From a virus (taxonomy: Duplodnaviria; Heunggongvirae; Uroviricota; Caudoviricetes), in the IMG/VR virus record IMGVR_UViG_2585427727_000013: a stretch of DNA of 15,510 nucleotides; one strand, written 5' to 3'. Below are positions 9,998 through 15,510 of the stretch, in pieces; position 1 is the first letter of the stretch; every line of letters begins with the position of its first letter. Below the pieces are notes generated by a model. That model did not search any database. It saw only the letters and a program-made list of their open reading frames with translations, and was not told where the DNA came from. The position numbers and the translations under genes were made by a program.

Positions 9998-10278
9998 TGA
10001 AAGATTTAACACTCAAATTTGTCGACAGGGCCGACTTTTCGGCCTTTATGGAGAGCATTGGCTATTATGATGACGAGTCGATGCAGGATGATATTCTTAT
10101 TGACGTGATAGGTAATGTGTACAAAGAAACCGGAGAACTTACTGAAGATGGCGAGCCGGTATGTGTTAAGGAGGACGGATATTTTGTAAGCGTGCGCATC
10201 ATTAATGATGCAAAAAAATCGTCAATATTCGATAAATACGCGATTGTTGTTGAGCATCAACTTCGTGGCTGGATGTGA
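9997..10278 (+). CDS. Hypothetical acidic 93-aa protein, translationally coupled to stf
   Basis: Start ATG overlaps the stf stop (TAATG). AT-rich. No motif I can recognise. Confidence 0.5.
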   Translation: MKDLTLKFVDRADFSAFMESIGYYDDESMQDDILIDVIGNVYKETGELTEDGEPVCVKEDGYFVSVRIINDAKKSSIFDKYAIVVEHQLRGWM

Positions 10279-10287
10279 GGGAGACAA

Positions 10288-10992
10288 ATGGCTACATCGA
10301 CAGTAATTCCTGATGACATCAAAACGCTAAAGGGAGATGTCAGTAAAGCCAAGGAAGATATTTCCTCAATTAACGGAAAAGTATCAACGCTTCAGACTGA
10401 TATGACCAGTGCAAAGCAGGATATCAGCTCCAGATACACAAAAACTGAAGTTGATAATAAGCTGAAAAACAAACTGGAAGTGAACGCTCTGGAAAGCGGT
10501 CGTTATGGTGGAGATTTTTACCCGCTGACTGGCCGTGAAGCGTTTTATTTGTGGGGATTGGGCACGACTACAGCGGCGGCAAACCTTTATCTTAATCCTG
10601 ACTCCGCAATTTCGTCTGTACTGCGGTCAACATCGTCTATCCGCTATAAAGATTCAGTAGAGACAATAGATTCAGAGCACGCCGATCTCATTTTCAGGAT
10701 GCGCCCTGTGTGGTACAGGTCGCAATGCGAAAATGACAGGCGTGACTGGGGATTCTACGGATTGATTGCCGAGGAAGTAGGAGAAATTGCCCCTCAGTTT
10801 GTACACTGGCGACCAGCTAACGAGAATGATGCTCCTGAAGCTATTTCCAGCAATGGCCTTGTTGCCGAAGGTGTAATGTACGAACGTCTGGTTGTTCCAC
10901 TGATTCACCATATCCAGAAACTGACTGAAAGAGTTGATGAACTTGAGTCAGAATTAAAGCTGTTATCAACTTCCCGAAGCGATATCGGATAA
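10288..10992 (+). CDS. Short fibre-like protein with a C-terminal peptidase-S74 intramolecular chaperone domain (234 aa)
   Basis: SD gagggag upstream. N-terminal heptad-like repeats (DIKTLKGDVSKAKEDISSINGKVSTLQTDMTSAKQDISS). C-terminal half matches the S74 pattern as I recall it: S-S-I-R-Y-K at the expected autocleavage site, then RPVWYR, GLIAEEVGEIAPQFV, and a terminal coiled coil (IQKLTERVDELESELKLL). Confidence 0.6.
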   Translation: MATSTVIPDDIKTLKGDVSKAKEDISSINGKVSTLQTDMTSAKQDISSRYTKTEVDNKLKNKLEVNALESGRYGGDFYPLTGREAFYLWGLGTTTAAANLYLNPDSAISSVLRSTSSIRYKDSVETIDSEHADLIFRMRPVWYRSQCENDRRDWGFYGLIAEEVGEIAPQFVHWRPANENDAPEAISSNGLVAEGVMYERLVVPLIHHIQKLTERVDELESELKLLSTSRSDIG

Positions 10993-11002
10993 AGGAGGAG
11001 TA

Positions 11003-11296
11003 ATGGATATAAGCCCCTTACTTCATGCACTTTGTGCTGTGGCTGCGCAGACACTGGTTGGTCTTTTTACCGGAAACTGGGCTTACGGAGCGATAGCCGG
11101 TTGTGCGTTCTTCATTGCGCGTGAACACACCCAGGCAGAATATCGCTGGATTGAAATGTTCGGGCATGGCAAGCGAATGAATATGCCGTGGTGGGGCGGT
11201 TTTGATCCGCGCGCGTGGGATGTGGCAAGCCTGATGGATTTTGCTGTGCCGGTGGTGGCGTGTCTGCTGGTCTGGCTGTTGGTTAATCGTGGGTGA
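11003..11296 (+). CDS. Hypothetical small membrane protein (97 aa, hydrophobic N- and C-terminal segments)
   Basis: Strong SD (aggagg). Hydrophobic stretches LLHALCAVAAQTLVGLFTGNWAYGAIAGCAFFIA and FAVPVVACLLVWLLV. Third gene of the compact cassette after stf. Confidence 0.5.
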   Translation: MDISPLLHALCAVAAQTLVGLFTGNWAYGAIAGCAFFIAREHTQAEYRWIEMFGHGKRMNMPWWGGFDPRAWDVASLMDFAVPVVACLLVWLLVNRG

Positions 11297-11306
11297 AAAA
11301 AGGTGA

Positions 11307-11435
11307 GCTGTATATGCAACGGAGGAAGAAACCTCGTTGCGGGAAGCCTGGAAGAAGTATCGGGTGTTGCTGAACCGTGTTGATACATCAACTGCACCTG
11401 ATATTGAGCGGCCTGTGAACCCTGTCAGGGAGTAA
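11307..11435 (+). pseudogene. tfa: 3' remnant of a tail fibre assembly gene (tfa): last ~40 codons only, no start
   Basis: Frame translates ...[39 protein letters not shown], matching the lambda Tfa C-terminus (...[24 protein letters not shown]...) from memory. An in-frame stop lies immediately upstream at 11304-11306. Confidence 0.6.
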
Positions 11436-11486
11436 TCATTGGGATTATGCCGCAGCACGTCTTAAGCAAGAACGTGCTGCGGTTGG
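11316..11486 (+). repeat. Direct repeat copy 1 (~170 bp): tfa 3' end plus downstream hairpin
   Basis: About 90% identical to 12365-12536 by eye. Confidence 0.85.
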
Positions 11487-11498
11487 ATGCTATTTTTT
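11450..11498 (+). terminator. Perfect 11-bp-stem hairpin with downstream T-run after the tfa remnant; possible terminator for the stf operon
   Basis: ccgcagcacgt-cttaagcaaga-acgtgctgcgg (11450-11482), then tttttt at 11493-11498. A degenerate copy lies inside repeat 2 near 12507-12536. Confidence 0.45.
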
Positions 11499-12158
11499 CC
11501 CTGAAGCGGAAAACATTACTACAGTACCTTGAACCTTGGTTTTAACATTCTCGAAATGCTCTGAGAGTATATGTGTTAAGCCTTCTTCGGAATCTTTTGT
11601 GTTTGAAAAGATGCCTTTCTGATTGTAAATGCGCATCAGTTTTTGACCGAAGCTATTGTGCACAACTCCATCGCCAAGAATTGTGGCTCCGTATAGAGTT
11701 CCATCGTCAGTTAAGGCCTGCGCCGCATTGCGTATTACACAGCTTTTTGTAGATATATTTCCAGGCAGGCAGTGAAGAAGGTAAAACATGGAAATGGAAT
11801 CAAATTGACCATGTAACGTCGCGGGATAAGGTTCAAAAACATCATGGCTAATTTTATGTTTAATTTTTGATTCCCCAGCCCTTGTAGATGCCGCGTTCAG
11901 GCTAGCTTCGTTCAAATCCATTAAAGATATCAGACTACTCTCAGGTACGTGAGTAAGGTAAAACCCAGTTCCAACACCAATATCCAGATGGTTGTTACCT
12001 AAATGTTCCAGAAAGTGTGGAAGAAGGTGTTCCTTTGTAGGACATCCCCATGCAAGCCGATTTGATACTCCCAAAACCCACCAGTCATAAAGCTTTAGGG
12101 TAAGTGGTGTGTAAATTTTAGCCCCATCATCTGTGTTTTTTTTCATTAATTTCACCAT
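11490..12158 (-). CDS. Class I SAM-dependent methyltransferase (moron), substrate unknown
   Basis: 222-aa ORF on the minus strand with SAM-binding motif I (LDIGVGTGFY) and an acidic post-motif region. Low GC relative to tail genes. An SD-supported alternative start is the fifth codon (ATG at 12146). Confidence 0.7.
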   Translation of the reverse strand: MVKLMKKNTDDGAKIYTPLTLKLYDWWVLGVSNRLAWGCPTKEHLLPHFLEHLGNNHLDIGVGTGFYLTHVPESSLISLMDLNEASLNAASTRAGESKIKHKISHDVFEPYPATLHGQFDSISMFYLLHCLPGNISTKSCVIRNAAQALTDDGTLYGATILGDGVVHNSFGQKLMRIYNQKGIFSNTKDSEEGLTHILSEHFENVKTKVQGTVVMFSASGKK

Positions 12159-12214
12159 GTTATAGTTTTATTTGTGAATTAAATCAATTACGGCGATGAA
12201 TTACAAGGGGTTAA

Positions 12215-12484
12215 ATGCTGCCGCAGCATAGCGATATTGAAATAGCCTGGTATGCTTCGATACAGCAGGAGCCGAATGGCTGGAAGACCGTCACCACACA
12301 GTTCTACATCCAGGAATTCAGTGAGCATATTGTGCCACTTCAGGATGCTGTAGATCTGGAGATCGCAACGGAGGAAGAAAACTCGTTGCTGGAAGCCTAG
12401 AGGAAGTATCGGGTGTTGCTGAACCGTGTTGATACATCAACTGCACCTGATATTGAGTGGCCTGCAAATCCTGTCAGGGAGTAA
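12215..12484 (+). pseudogene. tfa: 5'-truncated tfa fragment with an in-frame TAG (TGG to TAG) at 12398-12400
   Basis: Track ORF 12215..12400 ends ...SEHIVPLQDAVDLEIATEEENSLLEA*. The same frame continues [27 protein letters not shown] to 12484, matching the lambda Tfa C-terminus with W replaced by a stop. No Tfa N-terminal region is present. Confidence 0.65.
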
Positions 12485-12536
12485 TCATTGGGATTATGCC
12501 GCAGACACGTCGTATGCAGGAACGTGCTGCGGTTAG
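12365..12536 (+). repeat. Direct repeat copy 2 (~170 bp): tfa 3' end plus downstream imperfect hairpin
   Basis: Aligns with 11316-11486 base for base with scattered substitutions. Confidence 0.85.
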
Positions 12537-12600
12537 TTTGTGAGCTTTCGATAGTGCGAGTATTGAATGATTTCCAGCCGTTACCGATTTTACGTGCTAA

Positions 12601-12849
12601 TTAGTGAACAAACCACTCGTCAGCAGACTCCCAGGTATCTTTCAGAGTTTCCTGAACAAAAGTTTTAGCTGAATCTTTATCGGCGGTGCGCGTAACAGAA
12701 AGGCCATCGTTGCTGGTGGCTTTTACGATCACCTCTACATCGTCATAACGTTTACTGATGCGTCGGGTTAATTCTTCCTTTAACGCATCCACAGCACCGG
12801 TTGGCATTTTAGTCATTTTTTCTTTGGCTATGCAGATTTCAATACGCAT
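12601..12849 (-). CDS. dinI: DinI-like DNA-damage-inducible protein (82 aa)
   Basis: [11 protein letters not shown]...[11 protein letters not shown] has the DinI-family pattern (MRIE..IAK...GA.DAL..EL.RRI...TWESAD.WFV) as I recall it for E. coli DinI. SD agaggga. Two LexA boxes immediately upstream. Confidence 0.8.
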   Translation of the reverse strand: MRIEICIAKEKMTKMPTGAVDALKEELTRRISKRYDDVEVIVKATSNDGLSVTRTADKDSAKTFVQETLKDTWESADEWFVH

Positions 12850-12862
12850 AAAAGTCCCTCTA

Positions 12863-12910
12863 TACTGTGTTTGTATACAGTGTTATTTTTAACTGTATGG
12901 ATAAACAGTG
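12863..12910. promoter_or_regulatory. Two tandem LexA (SOS) boxes in the dinI promoter region
   Basis: Box 1 at 12863-12882: taCTGTgtttgtatACAGtg. Box 2 at 12891-12910: aaCTGTatggataaACAGtg. Both fit CTGT-N8-ACAG. They lie 14-61 bp upstream of the dinI start codon and directly abut the integrase stop. Confidence 0.7.
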
Positions 12911-14008
12911 TCAAGAGGTCTTATTTCTGCTCTTTTGGAGCTCTTCAAAACGATTATGTAAAGATTTCGGATACAGTTCGGTATATACCTGCCATAGCAC
13001 GTTTAATGAACGATGTCCTGTAACTTGGGCGACTTCCTCAATACTAAAACCAGCCTCAAATAAGCGACTTGCCCCTTCTCTACGCAAATCATGGTATCGC
13101 AGATCTTTAATACCTAATTTGCTTCTTACCCTCTGAAATCCCGCAGTAACAGAAGTGCTGTTATATGGAAAAATGAATTCCGATTTTTGGGGCTGTCGTT
13201 GGACGATATCCCAGGCTTCCCCAAGCAAGGCTACTTTCATGTGGTTGCCTTCCTTTTTGCGTGGATCTTTCCTGTCTCTTACGAGTATAGATTTTTGTTC
13301 CTGGTCGAGATCTTCCCATCGTAACCGGCATACTTCTCCGATTCGCATACAGGACCACACAGAAAATTTGAGGATATCAACGAACGGAATTTTTGAGCAT
13401 TTATGAGTAGATCGTTGTTGAAGGCCTTCAATGAGCATGTCCAGTTCATCAGATGCTGGTCTACGATTACGACGGTTTGATTTACCAATCAAACCAAGTT
13501 TAAGTAGATATGGACGAGCGCTTTTCGCCGGGTTTGATGTGTAATTAATTCCGTATACAGGTTTAGCCGCATCCAGAACACTGCCAAGATAACTAACATC
13601 GTGGCTGACTGTTGCTGGACCTGCACCAGCGTTGTTTCTTAGCCTACAATGTTCAATTACGTCATTTTCTGTCAGTTCGGATAGTTTGATCGCGGAGATG
13701 TCACTATCCATAAGCAGTTCCAGCACATATCTTTTAGTACGACCTGCTTTACCTCCGGCATTTGAGTCATTTAAATATTTGTGTAGTAAGTCACGGACTG
13801 TAAGTCCGTCAACTGCATTTGATGATGGAATGCCATATAGATCTAATTCCATTACTTTCTGTGTACCCCATGTTTTGGCATGGGCATGTTTAGGGAATGT
13901 TTTGCTTTCCCTGTAAGTGATAACACCTTTTTCTTTGATAATCACATTACAGCGATAGCGTGGTGTGCCATCGGATTTTAGTCGTTTCTCTATGTTATAG
14001 TACGCCAT
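12911..14008 (-). CDS. int: Tyrosine-type site-specific integrase (dusA-associated integrase type)
   Basis: 365 aa with a C-terminal catalytic region carrying an HxxR box (RYHDLRREGASRLF) and ...VTGHRSLNVLWQVYTELY with the candidate nucleophile Tyr. 5' end is 88 bp from the dusA start, divergently oriented. Confidence 0.9.
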   Translation of the reverse strand: MAYYNIEKRLKSDGTPRYRCNVIIKEKGVITYRESKTFPKHAHAKTWGTQKVMELDLYGIPSSNAVDGLTVRDLLHKYLNDSNAGGKAGRTKRYVLELLMDSDISAIKLSELTENDVIEHCRLRNNAGAGPATVSHDVSYLGSVLDAAKPVYGINYTSNPAKSARPYLLKLGLIGKSNRRNRRPASDELDMLIEGLQQRSTHKCSKIPFVDILKFSVWSCMRIGEVCRLRWEDLDQEQKSILVRDRKDPRKKEGNHMKVALLGEAWDIVQRQPQKSEFIFPYNSTSVTAGFQRVRSKLGIKDLRYHDLRREGASRLFEAGFSIEEVAQVTGHRSLNVLWQVYTELYPKSLHNRFEELQKSRNKTS

Positions 14009-14028
14009 TACACGACCTCGTTATTTCG

Positions 14029-14063
14029 GGTTCCCATAAATCGTGGGAACCTGTGCGGGAACC
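14029..14063. promoter_or_regulatory. Inverted repeat ggttccca-N7-tgggaacc plus a third gggaacc half-site in the int-dusA intergenic region; candidate operator or recombinase-binding site
   Basis: Perfect 8-bp inverted repeat at 14029-14036 and 14044-14051; direct gggaacc repeat at 14057-14063. Lies in the divergent promoter region upstream of int and dusA. Confidence 0.35.
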
Positions 14064-14096
14064 TAACGCGAGAAAAATAGCCTGAAATGTTCAAAA

Positions 14097-15134
14097 ATGC
14101 ACGATAATCCTGAAACACAGAAAACTAATCAAACCAGCGTGATGCCTGAGAAAACTGACGCTTACGGGAGCTCTCGGTTTAGCATTGCTCCTATGCTCGA
14201 CTGGACGGACAGACATTGCCGCTATTTCTTGCGTCTGCTTTCCCGCAATACGTTGCTGTATACCGAAATGGTGACCACAGGGGCGATTATTCACGGTAAA
14301 GGTGATTATCTGGCGTACAGTGAAGAAGAACATCCGGTAGCGTTGCAACTCGGCGGTAGCGATCCGGCGGCGCTGGCGCAGTGTGCGAAGCTGGCAGAAG
14401 CGCGCGGATATGATGAGATCAACCTGAATGTCGGCTGCCCGTCTGACCGGGTGCAGAACGGCATGTTTGGGGCGTGTCTGATGGGTAATGCGCAGCTGGT
14501 TGCCGACTGCGTGAAAGCGATGCGCGATGTGGTGTCGATTCCGGTGACGGTGAAAACGCGTATTGGAATCGATGACCAGGACAGCTATGAATTTCTCTGC
14601 GATTTCATCAACACCGTTTCCGGCAAAGGCGAGTGTGAGATGTTCATCATCCACGCACGTAAAGCCTGGCTTTCTGGGTTAAGCCCGAAAGAAAACCGTG
14701 AAATCCCGCCGCTCGATTATCCGCGTGTGTATCAACTGAAGCGTGACTTTCCGCATCTGACGATGTCGATTAACGGTGGCATCAAGTCGCTGGAAGAGGC
14801 TAAAGCGCATTTGCAACATATGGATGGCGTGATGGTCGGGCGCGAAGCGTATCAGAATCCAGGCATTCTGGCGGCGGTAGACCGAGAGATCTTTGGTTCT
14901 TCGGATACCGATGCCGATCCGGTGGCGGTGGTGCGTGCCATGTATCCGTACATTGAGCGTGAACTCAGCCAGGGGACGTATCTCGGCCATATTACCCGGC
15001 ATATGCTGGGCTTGTTCCAGGGTATTCCTGGCGCGCGGCAGTGGCGGCGTTATTTAAGTGAAAATGCCCATAAAGCGGGTGCTGACATTAACGTGCTGGA
15101 ACACGCGCTCAAACTGGTGGCAGATAAGCGTTAA
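14097..15134 (+). CDS. dusA: tRNA-dihydrouridine synthase A
   Basis: 345-aa Dus-family protein with the catalytic-Cys motif ([21 protein letters not shown]). Followed by pspG, as in the E. coli chromosome. Confidence 0.9.
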   Translation: MHDNPETQKTNQTSVMPEKTDAYGSSRFSIAPMLDWTDRHCRYFLRLLSRNTLLYTEMVTTGAIIHGKGDYLAYSEEEHPVALQLGGSDPAALAQCAKLAEARGYDEINLNVGCPSDRVQNGMFGACLMGNAQLVADCVKAMRDVVSIPVTVKTRIGIDDQDSYEFLCDFINTVSGKGECEMFIIHARKAWLSGLSPKENREIPPLDYPRVYQLKRDFPHLTMSINGGIKSLEEAKAHLQHMDGVMVGREAYQNPGILAAVDREIFGSSDTDADPVAVVRAMYPYIERELSQGTYLGHITRHMLGLFQGIPGARQWRRYLSENAHKAGADINVLEHALKLVADKR

Positions 15135-15163
15135 CTTTTCACCAAAAAGTAGTCAAATTCACC

Positions 15164-15192
15164 ACGCCCTGCGCACCGTCGCGGGGCGTTTT
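15164..15192 (+). terminator. Possible intrinsic terminator after dusA
   Basis: acgccc...gggcgt stem with inner cgc/gcg pairing, followed by tttt. The T-tract is short. Confidence 0.35.
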
Positions 15193-15216
15193 GCTGTTAA
15201 ATCAATAGATTATTTT

Positions 15217-15233
15217 TGGCATGATTCTTGTAA
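15217..15233 (+). promoter_or_regulatory. Sigma54 (-24/-12) promoter of pspG
   Basis: TGGCATG-attc-TTGTA fits the TGGCACG-N4-TTGCA consensus about 35 bp upstream of the pspG ATG. Consistent with the known sigma54/PspF dependence of pspG. Confidence 0.55.
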
Positions 15234-15267
15234 TGCCAGCAAGAGATTTCATATTTGGGAGAGCATC

Positions 15268-15510
15268 ATGCTGGAACTACTTTTTGTGATTGGCTTTTTT
15301 GTCATGCTGATGGTCACCGGCGTTTCGTTGCTGGGTATTATCGCTGCGCTGGTTGTGGCGACGGCCATTATGTTCCTCGGCGGTATGCTGGCATTGATGA
15401 TTAAGTTGCTGCCGTGGTTACTACTGGCGATTGCGGTGGTGTGGGTTATTAAGGCGATTAAAGCACCAAAAGTGCCTAAATATCAGCGTTATGACCGCTG
15501 GCGTTACTAA
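15268..15510 (+). CDS. pspG: Phage shock protein G (80 aa, small inner-membrane protein)
   Basis: MLELLFVIGFFVMLMVTGVSLLGIIAALVVATAIMFLGGMLALMIKLLPWLLLAIAVVWVIKAIKAPK...: two hydrophobic helices, located downstream of dusA. The track's 150-aa ORF from 15058 is an unsupported 5' extension; the ATG at 15268 follows the sigma54 promoter. Confidence 0.85.
   Translation: MLELLFVIGFFVMLMVTGVSLLGIIAALVVATAIMFLGGMLALMIKLLPWLLLAIAVVWVIKAIKAPKVPKYQRYDRWRY

Larger units (their letters stand above)
1..14096. mobile_element. Right end of a lambda-like prophage (tail-tip and tail-fibre genes, accessory/moron region, integrase) abutting host dusA; the other prophage end lies outside the window
   Basis: Co-linear H-M-L-K-I-J-lom-stf block recognisable as phage lambda, then AT-rich cargo and a tyrosine integrase directly next to host dusA and pspG. 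Exact junction not determinable from this window. Confidence 0.8.

Noticed and set aside
12215-12400. 61-aa ORF as a genuine small protein gene
   Set aside because: Its C-terminus and the in-frame continuation past the TAG match the Tfa C-terminus, so it is better explained as a decayed tfa fragment than as a new gene.
11316-12536. Invertible tail-fibre segment (Gin/Pin/Cin-like host-range switch)
   Set aside because: The two tfa-derived repeats are in direct rather than inverted orientation, and no serine invertase gene is present in the window.
13632-13916. 94-aa plus-strand ORF
   Set aside because: Lies within and antisense to the integrase gene; no independent support.
14091-14654. 187-aa minus-strand ORF
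   Set aside because: Antisense to dusA, which has clear Dus-family motifs; His/Arg-rich reverse-frame artefact.
15058-15510. 150-aa ORF from the track as a single gene
   Set aside because: The 5' 70 codons span the dusA-pspG intergenic region and the sigma54 promoter. The conserved small membrane protein PspG starts at the internal ATG at 15268.

Overview
The window is the right arm of a lambda-like prophage integrated at the 5' end of the host dusA gene in an E. coli-like enterobacterial chromosome. All calls come from reading the sequence and the ORF track, with protein identities recognised from memory; no database search was run. In order: the 3' part of tape-measure gene H (cut by the window start), tail-tip genes M, L, K, I and J, the lom moron bracketed by hairpin terminators, and a side-tail-fibre gene (stf). 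The stf gene is mosaic: a GC-rich lambda-like 5' part with a 2 x 189-bp in-frame tandem duplication, joined at about 8650 to an AT-rich 3' module ending in a LamG/concanavalin-like motif. Downstream is an AT-rich accessory region, which is the best candidate for a novel system: three tightly packed small genes (93 aa unknown; 234 aa with a peptidase-S74 intramolecular-chaperone domain; 97 aa membrane protein) sit where the tfa chaperone gene would be. After them come two decayed tfa 3' remnants forming ~170-bp direct repeats around a reverse-strand SAM-dependent methyltransferase moron, a dinI-like gene behind two LexA boxes, and a tyrosine integrase reading away from dusA. Host dusA and pspG (with a sigma54 -24/-12 promoter) close the window. 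No tRNA, rRNA or CRISPR array was seen.
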